Assembly (NCBI RefSeq): GCF_000181795.1
Contig: NW_003526941.1
Span: forward strand, 4,367,218 to 4,431,217
Length of the DNA: 64,000 bases
From: Trichinella spiralis
Taxonomy: Eukaryota
Reading direction: 5' to 3'
Below the pieces are notes generated by a model. That model ran no database searches. It was not told the DNA's origin and was given only the letters and a program-made list of their open reading frames with translations. This document shows, one piece after another, positions 51,242 through 64,000 of this stretch (positions are counted from its first letter, which is position 1; each line of letters starts with the position of its first letter). Position numbers and translations under genes: made by a program.

Positions 51242-52211
51242 TCACGCATTGAAATTCACGGTCTCATCATGATCAAAACTACGTCCTATACCTCCTCCAT
51301 TTCGTCCCCCACGTCTCATTCTTCCACGAGGGGCTCCACGAACCAGAGGAGCCATTCCGCGCTGTCTAAACCCACCACCACCATTCAAGAAATCACTAAA
51401 CAAAAATTTCTAAAATTGTGAAAAGAGTTAATCTAAAAAATACATACTTTCTGACCATTTCACTGTACTTGTAATTCACCTGATTGCCATCCTGAAGTAC
51501 ATTCATTTAGATGAAAAATTAAAACTGTGAAAATTTACATCAAACAAAATCTGCTGAATTAGGTCAATTGCTACGCCAATTTTCTTATAAGCATCCGAAG
51601 GTACTCCATATGCAGAAATACGCACATGCAGGTCGTCTTTCAAATGCTTATATTTCGGATCGCCGGAATTCAAAAGACGGTCTTCCTAAAATGTAAAAAA
51701 CACATCAACAACAGTTCACGGTGGCAAACAGAAACTACTACTCAGTGCTTACTTCCTGCGGATCACGCATCGAACCTTTGCCCATGACACTTATTTTCAC
51801 ATCCGCAATTTGTTGAACATTTTTCACAGTTGCCCCGCCCGGGCCCAATAATTTTCCCACAAAATTAACCTAAATTCTTGAAAAGTTATCCGAACTTTTA
51901 CTTAACATATTTAAAAGTTGTCACACAAGTGGACACTCTTTGACAGGAATAGCAACTTTTCGAACAACACGGATTACTTTATTGCCATAAATATCCATGA
52001 ATTCGGGTTCTCCGAAATTAGTCAAACGCACAATTTCTGAAACGTTGAATAATAATATTATTATTATTAGTAAATAAATACAAACAACTTTACCATTGGC
52101 CAAGACGTCGTGCACTAGAGTCAAAGAAGGATCAACCAATTCCTTCTGGGCTTTCAAATCTCTAACAAATTCTGAAACATCATTGTTTCCAGAAACTTCG
52201 TTCCTCGGCAT
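51242..52211 (-). CDS. STAR-family KH-domain RNA-binding protein (Sam68/KHDRBS-like) with RGG tail
   Basis: QUA1-like N-terminus; [63 protein letters not shown]-terminal [13 protein letters not shown]; stop at 51242. Confidence 0.88.
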
Positions 52212-52791
52212 GGCTTTATTCGAAAATCTAAAAACACATCTCGTTATCTTATCATATCAACCATAATAGCAGTAAAAATGCACTGAAAACACTGCATTTG
52301 AATTCAATTACTGTGTTTCAGTTATAATATAAATGATCAAAGCGAAACTTACAGATGACAACGTGAATTACGTTAAGTAGATGAAATAATGGAAAAGCCG
52401 AAACTATCTACAGTAAGTATTATATGCAAGCTGTCAAAAATTGACCCAATTTCTATTTGAATTTTTTTACTATGAAAAATCATACAACAAACCATAAAAA
52501 AATAAAACATCAGAAATATTAAATAATTTATTAAAAATAGTAATATTATTAATATACAAAACCACATTCAATAAAATGTTATTGTCAAGTTCTTCGATTT
52601 ATGAATTTCCTCCATTGAAATAAATATCAAGAGCAATAATAATCTCACAGAATTTAAATTCATCTAAATGAAGCTTCAAATCTCGTTCTCTTATGCTAAA
52701 AATAAACTGTAAGTTACCCTTGTACTTAATTTGTTATTACTGTAATAATTTAATTTCGTTCGCACGTTTTGTTTTTTTTCGGTTGTACAAA

Positions 52792-53356
52792 ATGAGTTCA
52801 TCGTTAAGGCCTTATTTAGAAGTTGTTGAGGCTACACTGAATGTGGCGCTCACTTTACGAGATTATTCCTCTCAGTTGGTGGAACAGCACAACAAACCGG
52901 AAGTGGAAGTGCGCAGTTCAATGGAAATGATTTTGAATCCTGTCGTTGTGAGTCGTAATGAAAAAGAGAAAGTATTGATAGAAACCGCTGTTAATTCGAT
53001 CAGAATCAGCATTGCGGTGAAACAGGTAATCTGAAAGAATTATCTTCAATGTGAGCGACTTCATTTGAGGAATTCAATTTTAGGTGGATGACATGGAAAA
53101 GTTTCTGTGTTTGAAATTTACAAGGTTTATGATGAGACGCGCAGAGAATTTCCTCATTTTGAGGAGGGTGCCGATTCCTGGTTATGATATATCATTTTTG
53201 ATCACTAATTCTCACATAGAAGAGATGCACAAGCACAAATTGATCAGCTTCATCATAACATTCATGGAAGAAATTGATAAAGAAATATCTGATCTGAAAT
53301 TATCGTTGAAAACCCGAGCTCGGTTTGCGCTAGATGAATTTTTGAAAAAATTCTAA
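52792..53356 (+). CDS. ARPC4: Arp2/3 complex subunit 4 (p20), 2 exons
   Basis: [68 protein letters not shown]; intron 53026-53083. Confidence 0.95.
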
Positions 53357-54584
53357 ATTTTATTCTCCACATATATAGATAGCTCATTGAAATGCATTCA
53401 GTTGAAGTGTTATTAACTGGCGATTGATTAAAATTTTCATTTATCACTTATCTAAAGACAGTGTTGGTATCAGTGTGAAAGAAAAAATTTTAAAGCTACA
53501 ATGCAGTGCTGTAATGTTTGGCAGTTGAAGAATATTTCGATGAAATCGAATTTAGAAGACGATAAAGCGTTCGTGAGATTGAAGGTATTTTAAAAGAGAA
53601 GAGGCGAATTAAAACAGTATATTCAGCATCGATTTATAAACAATCATGTAATCATGCCAATTATCATTGCTTAATCGTTTCTGTGAATTATCAATTATCA
53701 ACAATAAAATTCGTCAAATATCCCACTGCCGCCTACTTAAAAAAATTGTTCAGTAAAAATTCAGCATTTGTTGCCAAGTATTTTCGTTACGCTATAATAA
53801 CAAATACTAATGTGACACTTTTGTGTAACAAATGAAAAATTCCGATGCATATTTGAAATTAAAAATATTTAAAAAGTTCAACCCTGATTTTATTTTATCG
53901 TGCACGATAAAAACAGTATTGAAATGTTCAATCGGTTTACAGTTCAAATGAATACTGTAGCAGGTTTAAAAATTAAGAAATTTGCTGCAAAAGTAGTATA
54001 ACTAAACACTGATCGGAATTTACTGATTATTAGAAAAAAACTTCTCATCAGCAAATGAATTTCGCTTACATATCATTTGAAGCTAAACAGAAATACAGAA
54101 AATATTTGCAAAAAAGCTCTATATTTAATATTTATGATAAAGATTTGAATTTAAAAATTAAAAAATAAATAAAGAAACACTTACAGCACTTTTCGTCTTC
54201 TTTTGCGTCAACTCGGAATCAGGTTCAATGACTGTAGGAAATCAGGTTCAATTTTATTTCATTACCAAAAATATTTCAAAGTAAAGCTTGTGAAAATAAA
54301 TAGAGCTCGGTACTGTAGAAATCCTTGCCCAGTTGATCATCTGAATATGATTTAACTTGGATTTTCGTCTTTTGATTTTCTCTTCTCTTACGTTTCGGTT
54401 CATAAAAATCATCAGATCTACTTACGGTAAATGAAATATCAAATTCATTCGATAATAAATTGAATACAAAGAAAAATAATTGCCATATATAATAAATTTA
54501 ACTCAGAATCAAGTGGAGAATTTATCAAAATGCAAGAGAACAAGATAACAGCATATTTTGTTTGTTCTTTTTAATAAATAACAA

Positions 54585-57500
54585 TCAATCGAAGAGAGGA
54601 TAACCTTCCAGTAATTCATCGTGTTCTTTGTCTCCTCTGAATTTTCTCAGATGCATAGTTACGTCGGGTTCGTATGTCCATTTCGGAAACACGCGTTTAT
54701 AAAGGTCCATGAAGACGACATCTTGAGAAGTCAGTTGACCACTGAATACGCACTTCATACGTCCGTGAGTACCTGAAATGAATTTTGTATTTTAAATTAA
54801 TCTAAAAAATATTTTTATTTATTTATTTATTTATTTATTTACCAACTGGTTCTTTTATGTGACCACGTCTACCGCTGCTCGATCTCAATTCGACAGGTTT
54901 AAACCAAAGAACATCATCTATAAATGCAATGAATTAAAATTACATTTCGACGATTAATTTCACAAAATTAAAATCAGTGGCGACCTCTGTTGAAAAACAT
55001 GTGACGTATGACAGCATGAGTTCGGTTAATTTTGCTCGGAACGCCGGACAAAACTGCCCTTTTAATGTTCAAACGAGTCGGATCGACGCTCAGAAAGTTC
55101 CCAGTGGCAACAAGACGAATGGGTGCTGAAACGAACAAAACTTTCCATCCATACACATTAAATCAAAAATTAAATTACCGTTCTGTTCAACTTTGAATAC
55201 AACAACGCCGGCTGGACCGAAAATAATCGGCGCGTACATGGATGCAACGGTCACTTCGTCGGCTGGCAAAAATCGCTGGAACTAAAAATTGCACAAAGTT
55301 TACTTTCCGTACAAGTTGAATAGTAAACAAACAAACAAACAAACAAACAAAAATACTTTGTGCTTATTTCCGTTTGTGTGCTGGGAGAAAATGGGCGCGG
55401 CGAAAAAGCGACGATAGCCAATTTGAAACAGCAATCGATCTTTCGATTTCACAGTACCGTTAAACAAATGATTCTTCCTTATGGTCACATTCACAACCGA
55501 CATCTTCTGCTCATGAGGCAACAATTCATAAGCAACAAGCGGCTGTTTGTTCGACTTTATGCTTTCTTGAAAAAAACAATAATAAAATTAAATTAAAAAA
55601 TTGTGAATAAATTGAAAAATTAATTAATTTCGACACCTTCGGCAAGTTGCAAAGGCACATTGAGCACATAGACGGACGTGTACCAGCCAGCCTGAAATTG
55701 AAATCACATTAAACTGATAATATACTACCAATTTCTTTTTTTCCATCGCATTTTTTTTACCGGAGCTCCGGTCTTTTCTTCGTTAACAATGCGCTTGCAA
55801 GTTGCTTTGAAGTTTTCAAACTGAAAAATTCTACCATACTCCGGCGGCAATTCTTCGTTCACATCCCAGTGTGACGTACGAAAGCTGGCCAAACCACGAT
55901 ATCTATTTGAACAAATTACTTGAATAATAATGATAACTTTCACTTTTAACAATAATAACAACAAAAAATGATGAACTTTTCAAACTTGAACTTAAAATTT
56001 TTTTTGGGTGTTTTCAATATTTGCAAAAAAAAGTTTCATACTTCTGAAACCGTTCTGCGGCAGAAACATCCAATGGTGTATCTACTTCGTCAGGAAATTT
56101 TTCATTCTCTCGTTCTTCTTTCTCACGACGACATCTAAAAATAAAAAAAGCATGTTCAAAAAAACAAAATAACAATCACCATCATCTGCATATATAAATA
56201 TGTATACAAAATTGTAAAAAATTCAAACCAACTAACCGTTCAACATCATCATTCTCGTCCGAACATTCAGTTTCGACATCTTCACTCATTTCCACCTCCT
56301 CCTGTGTGTATTTTTTTTGCATGACTTATACAGTTTATCAAAAAATTGATTAAAAATTTATTATCATACACCGTCTTGATCAACAGATTCGGCACGAGAA
56401 ACAGCAATCAAAGAATCCATATCTTCATCCAAATTGAACAATACAGTATTGCATTCATTTTCCTGCTGAAACAAACCAGTACCAAAAATATCAATTAATT
56501 ATTCAATAATTAAAAATAGTTATACTTCAGGTTCTGAAACATCATCATCACTTCCATTATCCAATATCCAACATGCCTGGTATGTGGATGTGCCTTCAGG
56601 AAGTCGTCGAATCAAATGCTCTGTATCTTCTACAAAGAGCAGCAAAATTTATTAAAATTATTCCTTTTCATCTCTGAGCAACTACTACTACTACTTTGCG
56701 ATTGGGCAATTTCCTCTTCAGTAGGCCACGTTTGATCAACGTTCATTTCATCAACTGTAGCTTGCGATTCGAGATTCTCCTGCTTGGCCGGATCCGCAAC
56801 GGCAAACGTACACGTTTCGATCACATGAGACTGCAATGATATTATACACAACACAATACAATAAAAAGGACACTGAACTTTTACCACTCAACATACTTTT
56901 CCGTATTTGTGCAAAGGATGTGGATCTGTAATGACGTCAATTTTATCCATTTGAAAATCACCCCATCCAGGAATATGCAGTAGGCGATTGACGTCCAGTG
57001 GAGGTCCCCTGACGTATCCGTTGATTTTCAAAGTGCACACAGAAAGCTGAAACAAATTTAAATGGACGTGGAAAAAACAAACCAGACAAATTACATCATC
57101 ATTTTGTTCGACAATACTGCAAGATTCGACAATAATGCGCGAATGATGCTGTTGGAGTGATAAAGGCTGTTTCGCACAGTTTGCAATCAGTTTGAGCAAT
57201 AAATCATAATTTCTGCAGAATTTTGGTCGCAAACCCCTGAGGAAGAAGAAAAAGGTAAAAAAATCAATATTCAAATATACCATATATCACTGTACGGTCG
57301 TACCATCTTTCCACCACAGATGCCAATCTTTTCTTGTCATGGTTGAAAGACATTTTTGCATTCTAATTAAACACAAGAAAATTCAAAACAAAATCCATCA
57401 AAACAGAACAACATACAGCAAAACTTACAAGTGAAATGTTGAAATGATACGGCATGCCTTGAGCAGAGACAGCAGACAATAGCGACGAAAAATGATTATG

Positions 57501-58490
57501 CAATGTAACGGTATCACAATCCCAAAGCAAAACTGCGACATCGGCAACCTGGCAAAAGAAAAGCATATTAATCATTAATTGTGAACATTATTTATCATTT
57601 TTTTCAACTTTTCATGTTCATTGAAAAATGCTCCCACCTTGAAAGCATCCAAAACTTCGATCATGTTCCAGTGATCAGGAACTAGAAAACAAAATCGCCT
57701 TTTCAAATTGGGTGAACTGCAAAAAAAAGAATTATTCTTTTTTTTAAGAAATTAATCCAATCATGTAGTAATAAATACATGATAAATTTCATTTTAAAAA
57801 TTACCTCAAAAAGTAAATATTTCTTTCACAACTGGTAACAGTAGCATCAGGTCGACAAGCTAAAATATCACCAATCACAGAGTTGCTATCAATTTTAGGT
57901 GTCAGTGAAAGAATAACCTGAAAATCAAAAAAAAAATTTTTTTAAACAAGAAAAAAACCACCGTTTCCAAAGTTTTCTTACCACAGCGATCGGTGGACTT
58001 CTGGCTGAGCCGTACTGGTTTTTGTTGCGTTTCACTTTTTCCACCTTCTGCGCACGCAGTTGCCATTCCTGGTGAATAAGAAAAACAACAACTTTGAAAA
58101 TTCAATTCATTCAAAACAATCATATGTATATATATACCCTGTTTTTCCGCGCCAATCGATTCATCACTAAACGATCTTCCAATGAAATATAAACCAGTCG
58201 GTTTTTATCTAAATTTCAAAATAAAAAAAATTTTTTTCTTTTTTTTGACCACTTGAGCGAGGGGAATTTTCAAATTCACATTTCACCCCTCTTAGACAAA
58301 AAAAATAATAATTTTGTGAAATTCAAAACAAAAATAAAATTTGCATAGTAAAACGGTGGAAGAAACAAAACAAAACAAAATCCATACCCATTTTTTGTTC
58401 GGTGCTGCTTTTGCTTCGATGTCGGCCAGAATTGTGCTTCTTGTTCTGCTGCTTCCACGGACCACATCGATGAGAAAAATTCTCTTCCAT
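54585..58490 (-). CDS. TSR1: Pre-rRNA-processing protein TSR1 homolog, many exons
   Basis: [123 protein letters not shown]. Confidence 0.93.
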
Positions 58491-58679
58491 TGTGAAAAAT
58501 TAATCTTGAAAATCAACAAAATAAACAACAATTCAAAACAAACAATCTTTCGTTAATGGAAAAAAGTAATTCGAACAGGAATTTTCGACATCCTGTACAA
58601 AAAACAAAACAAACAATGAACAATTACTATTCCGAATTTATTTTATTAAATTCTAATTTTTTTTGAATCAAAATTCCTT
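58491..58679 (-). promoter_or_regulatory. Putative operon intercistronic region (poly(A) signal, Ur-like stem-loop + UAYYUU, trans-splice acceptor)
   Basis: On the minus strand: AATAAA at ~58637-58647, an ACAGGA/TCCTGT stem at 58575-58596, TACTTT at 58563-58568, and a TTTTCAAG acceptor ~14 nt before the TSR1 ATG. Confidence 0.55.
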
Positions 58680-61391
58680 TCAAACATCATCGTCTTCTTG
58701 AGATTTCGGCTGACGAATCGGTGGACCACCGGCAGGTTTGGCCAACACAATCTAAACAGATAACAACAACAACAGAATATAAAAATAGAGACAAGCAGGA
58801 GCGGTGGCGCGGCATTTTATGCAAAATTACCTGATCGACGTTGATGATCGTGTTCACCGCATTCACTGCCAATTTTATCGCCCATTCTTTAACTGAGAAA
58901 CAATCGAAAATTTCCGCCGAAACTGCATTCAAAATTCCACCTTTCGGTGCCTGAGACAAGACAAATATATTATCATTTTATAATAATCATCAAATATTCA
59001 GTTCAAGATTGAAAAGTACTTTGATGTCCAATCCATAATTATTTTCTCCATTTTCATGCTTTTTCATCAAATGAGGATAAATCTCAACCCACTGAAAAAG
59101 AAACAAATATTAAAAAATGGAAATTTCTGAACGCATGCGTACTTTTGCGCCAATATTGTCAGCAATTTGTTTCGGCAACGATTCAAGCGCGATGGCAAAT
59201 TTTTCAATAGCGTATCTTTCCAACGACGGGTATGTCTGAAAAATCAAAAAAATAAATAAATAAACAAATAAGTAATAAATAAATAAATCTCACCAATCCA
59301 AACTGACGAATCTCGCGCGCTACTGCCAATTCCGCCGCACCTGCTCCTGGCAACAATCGACCGTCCTGGTGAAAAAAAAAATTTACATAATACGAAAAAT
59401 TTGCGAATGAAGAGAGAAAAACCAGGAAAACCTTCAACAATTGTCTAAAAACGTTCACGCCGTCGTCGATAGCTTTCTCCACCTCGGTCAAAGTATTCTG
59501 CGATGATCCACGAATGATTATTGTCGACAAACTTCCTCCTTTCAAATCTAAATATTAAAGTATGGAAAATTCAAAAGAAAAAAAATAAATTCTATCAAAA
59601 AATCAATCAATCAATAAAATTACTCTGCTCAAAGAATACCAACTGATCACTTCCAATTTCACGGACTTGCACTTTTGTACAAGATCCAATCATATCTGGA
59701 GTTGGAACACGACTCTGAAAAAATAAAACATATTTTTAATTAAAAAAATGGAATAAACAAAGAAAATATGAAATACCATATCAGGAATTATAGTTGCGTG
59801 AGTACATCGACAAAGTCGACGTAGGTCGAATTTAGAACTGATTTTCACTGCCATCATTTTATATTTGTTCAAATAATGCAAATGCAAATCGCCAAACTTG
59901 CCGCCAGAAACCACTACATTAACGCCAGCATTATGCAGACTTTTGATGTACTAAACAAGAAAAAAAATTTTTTTTTTCTCAATTTCATTTTTCCCATTAT
60001 ATACGCAACATATTTTTACATTTTCAATGTACTCTTCGTCATGTTTCGAAAACTGCATCAATTCTTTAGCGGTGTTGATAACTATGCTAGACTGAAATTT
60101 AACAAGAAAGAAAAGAAAACCATTTACATACAATAACAAAAATGAGAAATATTCAAATTAACAAATAACCGGATTTTCCAATTTTGTTACAGCAAACGCA
60201 CAACTGAATACCGCTACTTTGGGGTTTTCAATTAGCTTGATCTCACCAGAAACGCAATCTTGAAAAGCCATGCCATTCATCACAGTTGACGCTTCGACAT
60301 TTGATCCCTGTTAATGAAAAAGAAACATCGATTAATTGAATTCAGTGAACAAAACTGCTCGTTTACAAGAATTTTGCATATACGGATGTTATCCACGTGG
60401 TACGTTGAATAATCAGCGCCCAAAGCTAGGGCTGAAAACAAAAAAAATGTGAAAAACGATGCAAAAATTGATCAATGGAATTATTTTCTTACTGCAAGCT
60501 TGAACAACAAGATCAGATAGCATATCTTCTTGTCCGTACACTTTTGTAGCAATAGATGAACGTATTACTGCTTTCACTGCTTCATCATCGCGAACGCTGT
60601 GCACTGACTTGCAAACGAATTCTACAGTAATATTCGAAGGAAATATTTTTTTAACAAATAGAATACAATATTCAATAAATTTTTACTCGGTAGAAGTTCG
60701 AGAGCTTTCGCCAAAGCCATATTATATCCAGAAATTATTTGTGAAACATTTAAGCCCTTAAATTTAATGAAGTGTTAAATGAAAAAAAAGAGAGAGGAAA
60801 AAAAATAAAACCATTCGAATAAGTTCTTTAGCGCTGTCTAACAGAGATGCCGATAAAATTATGACAAAATTGGTGCCATCGCCGATCTGAAAATCCATCA
60901 TTTCGCATGCCATCACGAGTAATTTTGCTGCTGGATGTTCAACCTTCATTTCCAAAAATAAACCAATTTTCACATTTCAATATTTCATTTCAAATGAAAA
61001 TTCACCTCCAATTCTCTCAAAATCACTGCTGCATCGTTTGTGACGTATAATTTGCCTAAATGGTTGACGACCATTTTGTTCATTCCTAAAAGGATTTTTA
61101 ATTTTATTTAAAAAAAATAAATACACTTGTTGTTCTATAAATAGTAATAGAATGAAATATAAAAATGCAAACCTTTCGGGCCAAATGAAGATCGAACGGT
61201 AGCCGCGATTCCTAAACATGCTTCAATGTTTCGAAATAATGATTCTTCGACTCCTCGATAATGCTAAAAAGACAACATTCGACATTTTTTTCAGAAAATT
61301 TTCGTAAATTAAATTTCAAACAAGCAATTACCCTAACACCATCTTTAAGAAGGCGTGCAAAGCCCACGCGAGGCATACTACCAGGCGCCAT
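58680..61391 (-). CDS. CCT8: T-complex protein 1 subunit theta (CCT8), many exons
   Basis: GFARLLKDG..HYRGVEESLFRNIEAC; FGPKGMNKMVVNHLGKLYVTNDAAVILREL; VEHPAAKLLVMA..IGDGTNFV; SKFDLRRLC; EKAIDDGVNVF; AKPAGGP; stop at 58680. Confidence 0.95.
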
Positions 61392-62724
61392 TTTCTGAAT
61401 AAACAAAAGTAAAATGAACTTTTAAATAATCAATAATAAAAAACTTTCAAATAATACTCTTTTTTTATTAAAAATTTTTCATTATCAAAAGCAAAAATGT
61501 TATTTAAACATGAAATGAAAGAACACTGCAACGTTGTTTGTTTTCATTAAGACAGATTCAATCGACAAAATCTGGTATTAAATTATAAGCACAACATTAT
61601 TCACTTTAATTATTCAATAACAATTAATAATAAAATAAAAATTCATCACCTCAGGTGCTTATCACTGTAGCTTAACAAGAAAACAACCTACAAAAAAGTA
61701 ATATAACAAGCAGGTTCAAATGCTACACTGTATTAAAGTTACCAACGAGTATTCTTTCAGATAAAATAATAAAAGTAATGCATGACATTGTATCATTTAT
61801 AAAATTACGAAATATAAATATTTCAAATTATTATACAGACAGATTTTCCAAGTTTTATACAGTATACTATGCAGATGTTGATCTGTTGTTGGCTTATATT
61901 TTGAAATCATTTGATAATGAATAGTGCACTTTCAATTGAAGTTCACTGTTAAAGTTTAGCATGTTAGATAATGCTATTAAAAGTTGAAAAAAGCCAGTTC
62001 CATATTGGGTTGAATATGATTAACCTTAGTTCTAAGTCTTGCTCATTAAAACTTATGAATGCAAATTTTAAACCGTATTAGTCAGGATTTACCTGACTTT
62101 CAAAAGTTCATAATTACAGTAGACTAATCGTCATTAGCTTGTATTGGTGTTTTTTTACTGTACACGTGACGGTAAGTTGCATAATATTAGGTTTATATTA
62201 GTTTCTACACAGAATGTTAAAATTCTTATGACCATTTTTTATGTATGTTATATTTACTATTGACCAGAAAATTTATTGGTATAAATAAGTAATGGAAATT
62301 TGTCGTTTACAATAATTCAACTTCAGTTTATTAACAAATACGTATTGCTTTAGCGGTTTCATGTATAGGAGCAAAAATTTCATTCGATATTTCTCTATCA
62401 GTACCTTTAGAAAATTTTGGCTCATGTAACTTTACTGTGCATTTTTCGTTTTATTCTTTCTCAAAAAGCCATGAATAGTTAGTTCATTTTATTTTAAAAT
62501 TATGGCTTTCAATTACAGAAACCATTATCCGGAAAAGAAAACATTCAAATACCTTATAAATGTTCAAAAATAACAGCCTAGTTTGTTGTGAAAAAAGAAA
62601 CAAAGTCTAATAAGGGGACTTTTATCATGTTTTAAACTGCTACTTTTATTAAAAGTGTCATTTATATTGTCTGATTCGATTTTTACGGGTTATTTACAAT
62701 TAATTGAATGTTATTTACATGTAG

Positions 62725-64000
62725 ATGTTGGCACTGAAAAGTGAAATTGAACGCAATGTAATAGCACATGTTGCTGAGGATGACGAAGTGCTTCTTCCAC
62801 AAACAGGCATTATTTATTACAGAACTTTGTTGTTTGTTCAATAAAAGTTGTTTCAGTTTCCCAATTGTCATGCTCGTATAAATCTGGATATGGAGAATTT
62901 AAGGGAGAAATTTACATAGTCGGTACAGGTCACTTCAGCAAGTCAAGCCGATGCGATGTTCAAGAGGCAGGTGATTCAGTTTGAATGGTATAATTTATTT
63001 TCAACGCTTCTCGAATTTCAGGTTATACGAAAAGTTAAACCACGCGCGATTGTGGTGGAATTGTGCGAAAGAAGAGACTTTCTACTCCATTATGATGAAG
63101 ATGTTCTAATGAGAGAACTTCAAACATCGGACACGTTCAAAAATATTAGGCAGTTTTTTAAAGAAGTACTCTTTAGGCTAAAAAATAAATATTACCAAAA
63201 AAAATAACATGTTTAGAATGGTATTGTATTTACTTTGGTGATGCTCTTGTTTAAAGCAATTAGTGGAAGCATGTCAAGACAACTTGGTACGTTTCCCGGC
63301 ACTGAATTCCGTGTTGCTTTTCAAGAAGTAAATTTACACGGTGACATGTGTTCTTATTTGTTTAATTATTTTTTTTAATTATTATTTTAGGCTTTGAAAT
63401 TGGATGCATGTTCGTTTTATTTGGGCGATCGCGATATATCAATTACATTTCACAGAGCTCTCGCGATGTTGAATATTTTCCAAAAATTGAAACTTTTGAT
63501 TTGTATGGTCAGATCAATGAACGCAGAAATAAAAACAGAAATGATGGAAACTTTCAAAGATAGGGATGTTTTGGACGAAGTTATACTAGGGATAACTGAA
63601 TGTTTTCCTTTGCTAGCCGAAGTGCTTATTAAAGAACGAGATCAATATTTGGCTCATAAGTTAAGATGTGCTTTTGCAGATTGTTGTTTAATGCAAAAAG
63701 AGCAGGGTATGTTTTTCTTCTTAACGTAATCAGTTGTATTTCTTTTTTTAACAATAACAACTTTTTAGAGAGGTATGAGCCAATCAAGATAGTATGCGTT
63801 GTTGGAATTGCACATGTGAAAGGGATTATAGCAAATTTTAACAACATAATCAACATTAGTGAATTGGAAAGGTAATAATAATCATATTTTTGTTATAATA
63901 GAATGAAACATTTTATATATTTATTTATTCATCGAAATTAGAATTCCCAGGCCAAAGCGTGACTGGCTGAAGACTGTGTTGAAATTTCTGTTTTACAGTT
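62725..64000 (+). CDS. TRABD: TraB domain-containing protein (partial; runs off the window end)
   Basis: LPQTV..IYIVGTGHFSKSSRCDV..VIRKVKPRAIVVELCERR; PGTEFRVAFQEA; LGDRDISITFHRAL; VLIKERDQYLA; VCVVGIAHVKGI. Confidence 0.9.

Overview
AT-rich eukaryotic genomic DNA with short (~50-70 nt) introns, most consistent with a clade I nematode such as Trichinella (inferred from gene style and content, not confirmed). About 13 protein-coding genes are recognisable: UTP23, NDUFAF8-like, ACTR10, MRPL39, a large unknown coiled-coil gene, an ACE-2-type GPI-anchored acetylcholinesterase, an intronless predicted GPI-anchored Cys-rich surface protein, a Sorbin/SH3 (SORBS/CAP) gene, VMAC-like, a Sam68-like STAR/KH gene, ARPC4, TSR1, CCT8 and TRABD (partial). 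The most unusual part is the gene-free first ~3.1 kb, which is mirror-symmetric. A central tandem array of self-palindromic ~225-bp units rich in ATGCAAAT and GCCNNNGGC motifs spans an assembly gap. On both sides it is flanked by inward-pointing arrays of perfect 5' splice-site/U1-complementary motifs (CAGGTAAGT), and then by long diverged inverted arms. Other points of interest are a probable CCT8-TSR1 operon with an Ur-like element, a NDUFAF8/UTP23 overlap or near-overlap, several predicted GC-AG introns, and a 1095-bp symmetric cassette exon in the SORBS gene. Exon boundaries were read by eye and are approximate unless a phase check is stated.
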